DNA of 64,000 nt from Eledone cirrhosa (taxonomy: Eukaryota), in NCBI GenBank assembly GCA_964016885.1, contig OZ024741.1:187674001-187738000 (forward strand), written 5' to 3'. Shown here piece after piece: positions 40,821-55,282 of this stretch; within the stretch, counting starts at the first letter, position 1; every line of letters begins with the position of its first letter. A program made the translations under genes and the position numbers. The notes under the pieces were generated by a model. The model had not been told where the DNA came from. It saw only the letters and a program-made list of their open reading frames with translations, and ran no database searches.

Positions 40821-41096
40821 ATTGTCATAAACAGTTTAGCCGAACATAGCGGTCGCAGCATTTATTTCAGTTTGGTGCTTATTTTATCGATTGCTATTTA
40901 TCAAACATCTATGTTACTGCTTATTACATAAAAAATATTATTTTATTTCTCATCCTATCTTATGATGAAGGACTAGTGTCCTAGACGTTAAAACTCTGTT
41001 CTTACTATATCAAGCGTTAAGCTAATATATATATATTCAATGGACTGTATTGTTTGCTGTGCTGTTTCCCGCTTACTTTTCGCACACACACGCGCG

Positions 41097-41168
<72 letters not shown>

Positions 41169-41246
41169 GACACACACACACACACACACACGTCAAATAT
41201 ACAAAATGTATATATATATATATCGTAATATATATATATATATATA

Positions 41247-41452
41247 CAGGGTATTCCCGAAAAAGTGTATACACACTTCAACAGCATTCTAATAAATATG
41301 TGTATACACACACACACATCTCAAATACACAAAAAATTACGATATATATATATATATATATATATACTGGGTGTCCCCGTAAAATGTATACATACTTCAA
41401 CAGCATTCTAATAAATATGTGTATACATTTTTTTTGGGGGGGGGACCCTGTG
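41247..41452. mobile_element. two short mariner-like MITEs (~85 bp, family M2); third copy at 50127-50210
   Basis: TIR-like CAGGGTGTCCC..AAAATGTATACA / TGTATACATTTT..GGGACCCTG within TA tracts. Confidence 0.7.
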
Positions 41453-41473
41453 TATATATATATGTGTGTGTAT

Positions 41474-41508
<35 letters not shown>

Positions 41509-41609
41509 AGGTTTCCGTTGAAAATTGAAAAAGTCATAGGAGTGAAGAGTGCTCTATGTAAATTACAGAGCTAAATTTAATGTATAATAAACAATACAAT
41601 ATAATTACC

Positions 41610-41673
41610 TCATTACCAGAGGTTTCCCGAATAACACGAATACAAGAAACGTCCGCATTCGTTCGTCAGACAA
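41610..41673 (-). ncRNA. type I hammerhead ribozyme motif (family G)
   Basis: Minus strand reads TTGT-CTGACGA-ACGAATGC...GTATTCGT-GTTATTCGG-GAAA-CC-TCT-GGTA-ATGA. Stem I is weak (2 G-U); downstream sequence ends in (TA)n near 41505. Confidence 0.65.
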
Positions 41674-41769
41674 TTTTTGTGTGTATGTATGTATGTATGT
41701 ATGTATGTATGTATGTATGTATGTATGTACGCACGAATGTACGTACGAATGTACGTTTGCATATATGTG

Positions 41770-41816
<47 letters not shown>

Positions 41817-41922
41817 GTATATATATATTTACATACACGTATATACGAACGTACATTCGTACATATGTATGTATGAACGAATGTACGTTCGTATATGTGT
41901 GTGTATATATATATATATATAT

Positions 41923-41999
<77 letters not shown>

Positions 42000-42359
42000 C
42001 ACATATATACGAACGTACATTCGTACATACATACATACATACATACATACATACATACATACATACATACATACATACACACATACATACACACATACAC
42101 ACATCCCGTTTATTCTGCTTACGAAAAGATAAAACCTGTGCTGTAAACAATGTTTATTTTCCCCAACAAAGCTAATACGAGTATTATGTTTATTTATTCA
42201 TCGAAAGTTGTTGTTTTTTACAATATACCTCTCTTTTCGTTTTATTTATTTATTATTATTTTTTTTTGTTATCTCCCACAGTTTTAAACAGTTGTTCCAA
42301 ATTTCACAAAACAAAAGATTTCCCGTGTTAACATCATCATCGTATCTTTTGTAGTAAAT

Positions 42360-42897
42360 GTTATCTATAGCCAACCACTGAACACCACGACAAGTTGTTG
42401 ACTGTTTGACATGCATCAATAGACCTGGCTCTGCCTATGTCACATTCCTGATAAAATTACTCCTCTTCGCTGATATATCCATATATGGTGGCTGTCAACT
42501 CGTTTTCGAGTACGGCCACTACTTTATATCCATGTAAGAGAACCCTTACCGATGCGCTGAACGAGTGTGACTTTTTAGTCCAGCCAGCGACTTGAAAACT
42601 CTGGTACAAACACTACACTTGTGACAATTATTGACACATAGTGCTGGGCCCATGGTACCATGTGACGACAAGTGCAGAGAGATCTCCAGATATAAAGCAA
42701 TGCCTGTGCCGTGAAGCTTTTATAGTGAGCAAAGGCACTGCACAAAGCCAGTCCCACTCTCTTAAGCAAGATGATATTTACCAAAAAGAAGAACAAGTCA
42801 ACATCATTGGATACCATCAGGGTTGCAGGTGTTATATCAGTTTTCCTTCTCCTAGAATTCTGCTTTGACAAAGGCTAAGGGGTCATCTCTCCGGAGA
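42360..42897 (+). pseudogene. possible heavily decayed RTE/RTE-X LINE fragment
   Basis: Complex non-repetitive sequence with weak remnants (LYPCKRTLTDAL, RHCTK, SKMIF) and many stops. Confidence 0.25.
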
Positions 42898-43011
42898 TAT
42901 ATACATACATATATACATACATACATATATACATATATACATACATATACACTCACATACATAGATACATATACATATACACTCGCATACATACATACAT
43001 ACATACATACA

Positions 43012-43043
<32 letters not shown>

Positions 43044-43616
43044 CACTCACATACATACATTACACACACACACACGCACGCACGCACGCACACAATTGTA
43101 TAGATGTACACAAAAGGTGGGGATTTCACAGAGTGATTAGGGGGTCGGTTTAAAAATGCTTCGGTATTTATTCCGACTCTCTGAGTTCAGATCCCACCTT
43201 TCATTTCTTTGAGGTCGATAACAAAGTCCCAGAACTGTACTGAAGTTGGTTGGTTTCTCACTCTCTCTCTATCCCTCCTCCCCTCTCTGTATCTCTCTTT
43301 CTCTATCTTTCTCTCTATCTATCTCTTTCCTACCGGGAATGGATATTTCCAGTTTTAAAATGTACAAAACACACGCATCATGATGGCGCCCCTACGATTC
43401 CAGAGTAACAAGACATACTACTTAACCTTAACTATAATGAATGAATGTTTATATATATATATATAGATATAGATAGATAGATATAGATATATATAGATAT
43501 ATATAGTGGTTTTCCCTATTTCACTAACAACATATATATATATATATGTAATATATATATATATATATACACAATATATATATATATATATATATATATT
43601 ATTATTATTATTATTA

Positions 43617-43975
43617 TTCATCCTTATGGGGTCGATAAAATAAAGTACCAGTAATGTACTGGGTTATTGCTAGCCTTGTGCCAAAAGTAGAAACAATTAT
43701 TATTATTATTATTAGTTCAAATCCCGCCGAGGTTTACTTTGCTTTTCATCCTTAAGGGGTCGATAAAATAAAGTACCAGTAATGCACTGGGTAATTGCTG
43801 GCCTTGTGCCAAAAGTAGAAACAATTATTATTATTATTATTATTATTAGTTCAAATCCCGCCGAGGTTTACTTTGCTTTTCATCCTTAAGGGGTCGATAA
43901 AATAAAGTACCAGTAATACACTGGGTAAGAGCTGGCCTTGTGCCAAAAAGTAGAAACAATTATTATTATTATTAG
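43617..43975 (+). mobile_element. three tandem 5'-truncated SINE S1 copies with (ATT)n tails
   Basis: Head-to-tail units ending GTAGAAACAATTATTATT. Confidence 0.9.
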
Positions 43976-44509
43976 TGTTTCCGTTTGAAATGGGGAAAAC
44001 CACAGTAAAGTAATATTTTCAATACAAGAAGTATAAAGCTGAGTTATGAATTCTTAGAAGAAACAGAATTAGTACTGTAATAGTAATTCAGTAAATGACT
44101 GCGTGTATTCGTGTCATTTCCATATAGATGTTCTTTAAATACATTTACACTACCTCTCTCCTTCTCACTTTCCCCCATCTCTTACTCTATCTCTCTCTCC
44201 TGCCTTTCAATCACCCAACAAATTAAACAGGCCAGTTAGGGAGATTGCTTCACTATAGCAGCAGCAGCAACAGTAGTAGTAGTAGTAGAAGCAGAGCAGC
44301 AGCAACAGCAGCAGCAACAGCAGGAGCAGCAGCAGTAGGGAGCCAACAACAATTACAATACTACAACAATTAGTGAGCATCAACATGGTCACTCAACATG
44401 CTAGAAATAGCAGGCAAATCTCACTCAAACCACAGACTTCAAATAATGATTTCTACTCAACATGCTAGAAATAGCAGGCAAATCTCACTCAAACCACAGT
44501 CTTCAAATA

Positions 44510-44720
44510 ATGATTTCTAGTATAGGCACAAGGCCAGTAATTTGGGGAGGGGAAAGTCGATTAAATCGACCCCAGTACGTTACTGGTGCTTTATTTTATC
44601 GACCCCGTAAGGATGAAAGGCAAAGTTAACCTCGGCGGGATTTGAACTCAGAACGTAAAGGTGCGTAACTATGCCGCGAAGCATGTTGTCCGACGCTCTG
44701 CCGATACTGCCAATCCACTG
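44510..44720 (-). mobile_element. near full-length SINE S1 with tRNA-like head
   Basis: Minus strand reads CAGTGGATTGGCAGTATCGG (A-box-like) ... GAGTTCAAATCCCGCC (B-box) ... body ... tail. Confidence 0.88.
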
Positions 44721-44829
44721 ACGGATAGATTCCTTGAACAATGTAATCCTTGATATATTTACAAACATGGAGTCATAGCTGGATCCCCTTCAACCATGTG
44801 TCAGTAGTAGTAGTAGTAGTAGTAGTAGT

Positions 44830-44898
<69 letters not shown>

Positions 44899-45671
44899 TA
44901 TTGCAAAAACAACAACTGCATGTACCAAACTATTAACTTCGAGAAAACCTCCACACCTAGAAATAGTTAAACTCTTTCTCGAATTAATACTCTCCTACTG
45001 TCGTGTGCATGGAAAGAGCACACACGACGCGATATTCGATAGACCGTATTTTTAAACAAAATGACATGATGGGCAAATCTGATGAAATACCTTTGATTAT
45101 ACCTCTGCCCGATCAGTACTGACATGAGGCTAAACAACAGACATTTACTACAGTATCAACAAATACTACTACTACTTCTACTACTACTACTACTACTATC
45201 ATCAACAGCAGCACCACCACTACTACTACTACCACCACCGCTACCGTCACCACTACTACTACTACAACAGTAGAAATATCAACAACAGCAGTATCAATAT
45301 TAACAGCGAAAAGAACTACTATAGCAGCATTCTAGGGAGCTTCTATGTTGGTTGCTGGTCCTGCTAGAAATAGCAGTTAAATTCACATTTTGAGGTTATA
45401 AAAATGAAAAGAACATCGGTTAAATAATGTACTCCTAGATACACAATAATTGAAAATAAGAGGGGATAGTCATGGCTGGAACGCTGTTAACCATTGGTTT
45501 ATTCGATCACAATTGACTTTGGGCTAAAAGATTGATTTACTAAAAGTAGCAGCTAAATTTTCCTCAGTACCACACCCTCTTAAAAAAAGGGGGCAAGCTG
45601 GACATTGAAGTAATAGATATATGGAAGTGGGGGTGGTCGTGGCTGAATAACAACCACTGTAGTAGTAGTAA

Positions 45672-45724
<53 letters not shown>

Positions 45725-46579
45725 ACGTTATTACTGCTGCTTTAGTAAACCTATTGTCTATTTTGTATGAAGAAAAATACTTTTTTTTTTTCTAACACAG
45801 TGTTATGGTGTAATTTGAGTGAAATTTGGCTGCTATTTCTAAATGGTTTAGCTATATACTACTACCATTACTACTACTATAGAAGCAGCACCAACAGTAA
45901 CTGCTACTACTATAGTAGCAGTAGGCCCCTAAAGACGAGCGTGTTTATGTAGATGTGAGGAGGTGGGATACAGAAAAGGGGCCAGGAATGATAATAGCAA
46001 ATGTAAAACACACTGTTGTAGTTGGCATTAATGATGATGGTGGTGATGGTGTTGATGGTAGTGGTGGTGGTGGCGGTGGCGGTAGTGGTGGTGGTGGTAG
46101 TGGTAGTAGTGGTGGTGGTGGAAGTAGTGATGGTAATAGTGGTGGTGAAGGTAGTGGTGGTGGTGGTGAGGTAGTGTTGGTGGTGGTGGTGGTGGTAGTG
46201 GTTATGGTAGTGATTGATGATGATGATGATGGTGATGACGACGATGACGGCGCTGGTGATATTTATAATTTAGTCCGATATCAGCCCCGATCCAACCGTG
46301 ACAACTTCTGTTTAGTGTTATGACTAGCTAGCACTACACTATCCAATGTATGTCAATTTTCCTTATTGAAGAAACATGCTGTGAGTGAGAATTGGTTACT
46401 ATTTCTAGCATTTCTAAATGTTTCTGAACAGTGACGAGGTGGTGTGGAGGCTATGTCACAGTCGAATTACAACATTTGCCCACAAACAAAAATAAAATGA
46501 GATTTAGCAGGATTCGAACTCAAACAATCAAATATTGAACATTCATATTATCCACCGCGCTACCATCTTCGATTCTTTA

Positions 46580-46860
46580 ATAATTGTTTCTAAATTTGGT
46601 ACAAGGCCAGCAATTTATAGAGGAGGGGGAAATCGATTACATCAAGCCCAGTGTGTGCGTTACTCGTACTTTATATTATTGACCCCGTAAGGATGAAAGG
46701 CAAAGCTAACCTCAGCGGGATTTGAACCCACGATTCATTAATAATAACTGCTTCTAATTTAGGCACAATGAAATCAATTTGAGGGGAAGGGAAAGTCGAT
46801 TACAAGACCCGGAAATTTGACTGTTGACTTCAGCGGGGTATGGATTCAGAACGTAAAGAA
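46580..46860 (-). mobile_element. two SINE S1 copies
   Basis: S1 consensus; the first is flanked by an imperfect duplication CGATTC(T/A)TTAATAAT. Confidence 0.8.
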
Positions 46861-46896
46861 CTGCGTTTCTTTATTTGCCTAGAACCCACTGGATTA

Positions 46897-47086
46897 CAGT
46901 GAAATTCCGTTATAATGAAATTTACGGGGTATAAAAAAAAATTTGTTGTAACGAAATATTCTTTATAACGAGATCAACTGAAACAAATCGAACGTTTTTT
47001 TTGTTAATTACCTCCGGATTGAAAAAAAAAATCGTTATCCCGAAAAATTCGTTATAATGGTATTCGTAATAACGGAATTTTACCTG
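46897..47086 (+). mobile_element. MITE family M1, copy 3
   Basis: TA-CAGTGAAATTCCGTTATAAT ... AATAACGGAATTTTACCTG. Confidence 0.85.
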
Positions 47087-48311
47087 AATATCCAACTCAG
47101 TACATGTCAGATATTTTATTGTATCGACCCTGGGAAGAATAAAAAAACTAAGTCGAGCTCAGACCGTAAAAAAACTAAGTATTCGAGCTCAGACCGTAAA
47201 GATACGCAACTGAATGTAATTTTGTCCGAATCTGTTATCAACAATTATATTTTTTAAGTCAACGTCTGATGTGTGTATGTTGTGACAGCCTGTATACGTA
47301 TGCGCCCAAATGATTATAGATATTCGAATGTCAGTGTTTATGTATGCCTGAGCGTTTACATGTCTGGTGAATATTTGTGTGTATGAATGTTATATATACA
47401 CGTGTATGTGCGTGTGTGTGGGTATGCCTGTGCGTGAATGTTATGTGTGTGCGTGGGTATGTGCAAATGTTTATATGTGCGTGTGTGAGTGAATGTTTGT
47501 TTATAGGTTTATGTGTGTGAATGTATATTTATGTGTATGTGTTTATGGATATTTATATAGACGTGTCTATCTGTGAGTGTTTATAAGCACAGCGTGTGTG
47601 AGAGAGAAAAAAATCATGTTTGTGCTTGCGTTTATGTTTATTTTCTAAAGAACTCGTGTTGTTAATGTTGTGTCCCGTAACTTAGCGGTTCGACAAATAA
47701 AGATCTATAAAATCATTACTTAACTGAAATTATAAGTACTGGGATCGATCGAAACCCATGAAACGATACTCGTCTGGCCACAGTCTAATTACTGATACTA
47801 TTAAAAGAATGCGTGTGTGCGATGCGCAGATCTCTGTGCAACCCCAATACATACATACGTGCATATATACATACATACATACTTAAATGCATACATACAT
47901 ATACACATATATACATATATACATACATACTTATATACATACATACATAAATGCATACATACATATATATAAATACATTATGTATGTATATACGCGCCCG
48001 CATGTTTGTATTTGTGTCTGTTTTTCTCTATGCACACGTGTGTGTATGTGTAATTGTGATTTCAATAGAAATATGTATATGAGTATGTATATAGGCGCGC
48101 GCAAGTGTTAAAACACAACTGTGTGTATAATTGCATGTATAAATATGCGTGTGTGCATTCGTAGTTGTTGTTTAGTCACACATAAACCTGACTATGACCA
48201 TGCAATGTTTTGTTTAGGCATGGTGTACTCATACAAATATTATTTGACTGTTAACACTAGCAGTACGAGTGACCAGGTTGGTTCGTCAGGGCGTCTAATG
48301 TATACACACAC

Positions 48312-48383
<72 letters not shown>

Positions 48384-48537
48384 CGTGTGTGTGTGTATGT
48401 ATGCGTGTATGCGTGTGTGCTTCCTCTGCATAAACATGTATATATATGCATATACGTGTGTGATTGCGTGTGTGTATCTATGTGTGTATATTTGTATAGT
48501 TATATGCGCATTTTAAAACTATGTATATATTATACAT

Positions 48538-48700
48538 AATTGTTTCTACTTTAGGCACAAGGCCAGCAATTAACCAGTGCATTACTGGTACTTTATTTTA
48601 TCGGCCCCGTAAGGATGAAAGGCACAAAGCCAGCAATTTGAAAGAGGAGTGGAAAGTCGGTTAAATCGACTCCAGTGTGTTACTGGTACTTTATTTTATC
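48538..48700 (-). mobile_element. SINE S1 fragments
   Basis: S1 3' portion, twice. Confidence 0.8.
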
Positions 48701-49261
48701 GAATATATTTGAGCGCATAAAAGTATTCATGAACGCGCTTGCAATGTTGTTTTGTTTATTTATATGCTTCCATAAAGAAGCGTATTTATATCTATATATA
48801 CGTATTTATATCTATATATGCTTCCATATATGCGTATTTATATCTATATATGCTTCCATAAAGAAGCGTATTTAAATCTATATATGAGTGTGTGTATATT
48901 TAACTGATCAAAACCATGTATATGAGTGCATAAATTCGTATACTTATTCGTGTACTTATAAATAAGCATGTACACGCAACACACGTTTGTTTATACATTT
49001 ACGTGCGTTGGTGTGTGTGTGTGTGTGCGTGTGTGTGTGTGTGTTTGTGGCTTATATAGTAACAAATAATCTATGTAAATATACATATAAATTTGAGGGC
49101 TTAAGTGAATGTATATTTGAATGCATTCATACAAATGTGTGTGTACACTTAAATATTAAACAGTTAGTGCATATATATATAAATTAGTGTCTCCATGTGT
49201 GTGTTGAAATAACGTAAAACAAATGAATGCATTAGTGTATGTATGTGTATATATATGTGTG

Positions 49262-49293
<32 letters not shown>

Positions 49294-49704
49294 TATGTAT
49301 GTAAGTATGTGTATGTATGTATGTATGTATGTATGTATGTATGTATGTATCTACGTACCTATGCGTGCGTGTGTATAGATATATTTCAGTGTGTATGTTC
49401 GAATACGTGGGGATTTTTTATGTATATATATATATATATCAGTATGTGTGTATGTTTCCGTGCGTCTGTTTGTTGTTGTTCAGTCCCAGATCAGTCCTGA
49501 TTTATCAGATCTATGGTCAGGGATTTTCCAGCCATGACCACCATGCGTTATTTTCTTTTTTCATATAAACTGTGTCTTGATTACATTATCTAACGTACCA
49601 TTAATTTATCGGTGCTTTTTTTCTTGATTGAAGGAAATGATTACTATTTCCAGCACGCCAAACAACCACTGTTGATAGGTAATTAAGCGTACGCATGCTC
49701 GTAT

Positions 49705-49755
<51 letters not shown>

Positions 49756-49756
<1 letters not shown>

Positions 49757-49911
49757 AGGTAAAATTCTGTTATAACGAATACCATTATAACGAATTTTTT
49801 TCAATCTCCAGCCACATACTCGATGTGTTAGGTCGATCTCGTTTTAAAGAATTTTTCGTTGCAACGAATTTTTTTATTCTCCGTGAATTTCGTTATAACG
49901 GAATTTCATTG
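49756..49911 (-). mobile_element. MITE family M1, copy 4
   Basis: CAGGTAAAATTCTGTTATAACG ... CGTTATAACGGAATTTCATTG-TA. Confidence 0.85.
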
Positions 49912-50740
49912 TATATATATATATATATGTGTGAGTGTGTGTGTGTGTATATGTATGTATGGGTGTATTTGTATGTGTGTGTGAGTATGTGGATGTCTGT
50001 GTGCGGGATTGTAATTATAGACTCACTCTGGAGTGGGTTGCAAAGCAGTGAAAAATACTCAATGTCGTAAAGTAGAATAGAGTCGTTACTCTGAGTTTAA
50101 CGTCACCAGGCAACGCGAATATATATAGAGGGTGTCCCAAAAAATGTATACACACTTCAATAGTATTCTAATCAAAGTATGTATACATTTTTATTTTTTG
50201 GGAGGGGTAACTTCACCTATGTTTCAAATTTTTTTTATATTGTTTTGGTAAAAAACGATATATTTTTCATATATATATGTGTGTGTGTGTGTGTGTATGT
50301 GTGTGTGTGTGTGCGTGTTTGAGTTTGTGTGTGCAAACACACATTGCCGTAAATGTCTGTTGGTGTTGCTGTTTAGCCTAAGGTCAGCCCCAAATGAGAG
50401 AAAACCTATGATCAAAATCGTTCCAGCCATGGCCATTCTATAGAAAATCAATATCAAAAACATTTTTAGTTTCTCCGTTTTAAAGGTAACAGAGTCTAAT
50501 TTTAAATAGATTAAGCTGTTATTTTTAGCATAACGAACCATTCCGTAGAGACTCGTCAACTTAAATGTGTGTGTGTCAGTGTACATGTTCAAACATATTT
50601 ACATTTTTTAAAATTGAAAGATATCACGATAAATGCATTTGTGCGTTAATGTATGTTTTTGTGTAAGTATCTCTATTTGAATGCATGTGTGTGCAAACAT
50701 ATATGTGCGAGCATATGTGTATATATATATATATATATAG

Positions 50741-50773
<33 letters not shown>

Positions 50774-51769
50774 TCAAAGTGTGCCCGTGCTTGTATTTGT
50801 ATAGTATGTGTGTGTGTGTATAAGTTGATGTTTTGTTTTGAGGTTTTGTGTGTGTGTTTATGTACTTGTGTGTATGTACGCATGTGTGTGTATGCGTGTC
50901 TGACAAATGTATGCGCGAATGTGAATATATGAGTGTACGCAACTATGTGTGCGCGGACAAGTATTCTGTAAATGTATGCAGTGTGTGTATATGTGAGTTT
51001 AATTATGTATGAGCTAGTATACGTTTGATAACACGTGTGTATGCGCTTGTATATTATGTACGTGAATATGTATGCTGAGTACGCGTGTGTATGTATGCAT
51101 GCGTGTGTGTTTGTTTATGTATGTATGTATTGATATTTGTTTACGTGTAAGCGTACATATGTATACACGAATTTGGATGTATGTATGCATGCGCGTGTGC
51201 GTAGATAGTGTACGCGTGTATGAGTGCCTATGTGTGTTAGTGAATTCATGCATGTACGTGTATATGTGTGTGTATGCGTATATTTATGTGAGTGTATGAA
51301 GATACATGGGTATGTGTGTGAGAGACAGAGAGGGGGGGGTTGCGTGTGCGCGCGTTCAGCCAATGGAAAGGTGGAAGAAATGGCATGAGATTGTTGAAGA
51401 CCAAAGTGTGAGTGGAAGGGGGAAGGGAGAAAGAGAGAAACGGAAAGAGACAGAGAGGTAGAAATAAAGGGATTTTGAAAGAGAGAAAAAGGGGTAACAA
51501 AAATAATAGCAGTAGAATGGCTAGATGGAGGAGAGGTTAGGAGAATGACGCAGTGGGTGCGGATGGGATGAATAAATATGTGTAAAAATAGATAAAAAGT
51601 TCAGACGACGGATGTGGAACGAGCAACTGGAAATAAATAAATAAAAATACAAGCCCCCAAAGTATGTCCCTCCCTGTTTATCTGACTGTCTGTTTCGCTC
51701 TCTCAAACATCCTATTTGCACTATAATCACCAATGAGCCAAGAAAAGAGCCTATATGTGGTTGCACGGA

Positions 51770-52740
51770 TGGCCTGAAAGAAATAGCAGCCAAATCTGTT
51801 TCATATCAAATCCTACTGTCTTTAAGAAAATAAGATAGGACTAGTCTGAATGAAAAAAAAATATAGATAAAATGGAAATGGCTGGCTGGAATGCCTTTGA
51901 CCATATTTTTGCATTATCAGGGCTGATCAGAGGTTAAACAAAAATAGAATATGTGGGATATGCGAGATGCCGACTTTTTTTTTTTATAAAAGGCGAAGAC
52001 ACATTACATTAATCCTAGATACACAGTCTAGCTATATGACGGGATGGCCAAGGCTAGAACATCTTTCACCATTTGACAAAAACGTGTTTCAAATGGACTA
52101 TATATAATTATAAAATCTCCCTCAAATCACACTCTTTTCTTTATAGATATATAACTTAAATGATGTAATTGCTAGATACACTGTTTGAATAAAAAGCGCG
52201 ATGGTCATGGATTGAAAACTTTAAATCATAGGTATGCTGGATATGGTATAAACCGGGGATAAACAACGAGGAAGGCTATATTAGCTGTGTAGCTTCTAAA
52301 TACACGTTTGAACAAAAACAAAAATAAAATATACGATAGTCACAGTACATTTGAGGCTAAACAAAAACAAACAAGGGCACAAGAATAATGTAGTCATCTC
52401 AGTAAAGTTATAACGAGATAGCCATGGCTGGAACATCTTTTATAATAAGTCTGTTAGACCATGGCTAACTTGGGGTTACACAACAACAACCACAACAAGA
52501 AGAACATAGTCTTTGATACATTCAGTTTGAATAAAGAAAATAAATAATTTGATGTTCACGGCTGAAACACCTTTAAATAATATAGCCTGTGGAATTAGAG
52601 CTGACCCGTGGCTAAACAACACGGAAAGATACACTAAATAAAATAGCCCTAGAAACACTATGTCTGAGCAAAAACAAAAATAATTATTATTATAGAGGGA
52701 TAGTCACAACTGGAACACCTTCGGTTATAGGTAGACACGA
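51770..52740 (+). repeat. tandem cluster of diverged fragments of an abundant unclassified dispersed repeat
   Basis: Recurrent CTAGATACAC...GATGGTCATGGCTGGAA..CTTT...GGGCTAAACAAC. The same family (with GCTAGAAATAGCAGCCAAATCTCCCTCAAATCACAC) occurs more than 15 times elsewhere, e.g. 16905-17110, 45355-45650, 57870-58075. Confidence 0.7.
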
Positions 52741-53016
52741 TTAGAAAATAACGGGAGTTAAATATCGATAAGTTTTATAGAGGAGCTTATATGTGTGAAC
52801 TTGGCGAAAGACATGCCTGTGTGTATATATAAATAAATTTAGATTGGTTGTTTGAAGACAGTATAGTCTGTCGACTACTAAGATGAGAGAGAGAGAGAGC
52901 ATATATACACTACACGCGTGTATTGACACTTATGCACATCTATACGCGCATATATAGACAGATAGCTAGATAGATAGATAGATTAGATAGTAGAAAAAAA
53001 AAAAGAAAATGCTTAC

Positions 53017-54450
53017 TGCCGTTTTGACAAAAAAACATTCTGTCGTTGCCCATGTTGAATTGTTGTAGTAATAACCTCAGCAGCAACAATAGTAGTAGTA
53101 GTAGTTGTTGTTGTTGTCATGGTTGATGTTTCTTCTCATATATCTTTCTTTAATTATCAATTGTAATAACTCCGAGTTAATGATGTTGCTTGTTTAAAAT
53201 TCCTCGTCTTGATGATAATAAAAATAATAATGGTAACACAATATCAACATTATTATTTTATATTTTATAATTATTATTATTATTAATAATCCGTTTTTGT
53301 CCGATTGTTTTCCCTCGTAATTTAAGATTGTGTGTGTATGTATCTACGTGTGTATGTATGTACGTGTGTGTATGTACGTGTGTGTGTGTGTGTGTGTAAT
53401 GTATATTGTGTATTATATACACATCAGGGAGATTTAAAGTCTGTATATAGTGTAAAAGACATTATGATGATAATATATAGTAGTCGGATGAAATGTTATG
53501 GTTGATGTTGTTGTTGGTGGTGGTGATGTTGCTGGTAGTCGTGGTAGTGTTGGTAGTAGTAATAGTAGTAATAGTAATTGTAGTAGTGATGACGGCGGAG
53601 GTGGTGTTTGTTTTGTTTATTTTTGAAATATATTTCGTTAGTAATTTCGCTGCTGTTGTTGTTATTATTATTGTAGTTGTTGATGTAGTTGCTGTTGTTG
53701 TAGTTGTTGTTGATGTTGTTGTTGTAGTTGATGTTATTATAGTTGTTGTTACTGTTATTGTAATTGCTGTTGTTTTTGTTTTTGTTGTCAACTGAGGCAC
53801 CTAACATAATGTTGGGCTTGTTTTTTTCTCCTATTTTCTTCTTTTTTTCTTTCTTCCAGGAAAGAATATTTGCCTTATATGTATGAGTGCGTATATGTGT
53901 GGGTGTGTTCGTGTGTTTGTATATATATTAGTGTGTGTATGTGTGTGTGTGCGGGTTTTGTTTGCAGTTGTTGTTTTGGAAATGTAACGATGTAATGGTA
54001 TTTCAAAAAGCCAGTGAGTTAATTCAAATAAATACGTTGAATTGGAGGAATTTGGTTTCCTTTTGTCTCTGTGTTTATATAGTACGTTTGTATATAAATG
54101 TAACTGTAATTTTGAAAACAAAATGCATCAGATGCATTCGAACCGAAATCAGAATTAATCAGTTGAATCTGCAGAAAAAGAAGAAAATTTTTTTCCGAAG
54201 TAGTGAAAACGAAAAAAAAATGTTTTCAGAAAGAAAATGTAGTTCTCTGAAAAGAATATAGTTACAAAAAAGAAAAAAAGAGAAAAAAATTGCTATTCTG
54301 ATATCTTTTCTTCCAAACGAATCAGGCTTTTACAAGAGATTTTTGGTAAAGTAAAGAAACGGTGCTCGGTGTTGTGATGTTGTCACTTGGACTCAGAATG
54401 TAAACAATGGCGCGTGGTTCTTTAACTGGCTGTGCCAGTTACACTCCCTC
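53017..54450 (-). other. probable upstream (5'UTR or first) exon of the minus-strand gene
   Basis: Donor-like GGCA|GTAAGC at 53017/53016; TE-free sequence rich in AAC/AAT on the minus strand; two ATGs in good context (53120, 53053). The 5' boundary is uncertain. Confidence 0.4.
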
Positions 54451-54678
54451 CGCAATAACAAGCGTTTTATTTTAGCGCTTTTGCTCTTCTACTCATCTCT
54501 TGGCACTCCCACCTCCAACCCATCATCATCATTATCAGCCTCATCCTCCTTCTCCTCCTCCTTTAAAACACGCCACACATTCTGTATACTAACGCCGCAA
54601 CCGCTACTACTACAACTGTTACTGCTGATACTACTACTACTACTACTATTACTACTACTACTACTACTACTACTACCG

Positions 54679-54709
<31 letters not shown>

Positions 54710-54715
54710 CACCAA

Positions 54716-54787
<72 letters not shown>

Positions 54788-54796
54788 CACCACCAA

Positions 54797-54841
<45 letters not shown>

Positions 54842-54925
54842 CAATACTACTACTAGTAATACCACCACTACTCCAACTACTACCACCACCCTACCACCAC
54901 CATTACTACTACTACTACTACCACC

Positions 54926-54960
<35 letters not shown>

Positions 54961-55247
54961 CACCACCACCAACACTATTACTATTACTACTACTAAAATT
55001 ATAGAAACACTGCACTACTGCTGGTACTAATACTAATGCACACACTACTACTATTTACTAGTACAACTAACATTACAAGCAGCGCTACTACTACTGCAAC
55101 TACTACTACAAACACCGCTACTGCTAACTCTACTACAACTGCTACAACACGCTTTATCACTCTCTCTCTCTAGACACATACATACACACGTCTCTCCGCT
55201 CTGACTTCCTCTCTCAACGCGCACACACATATACACAAATCTTTTGG

Positions 55248-55282
<35 letters not shown>

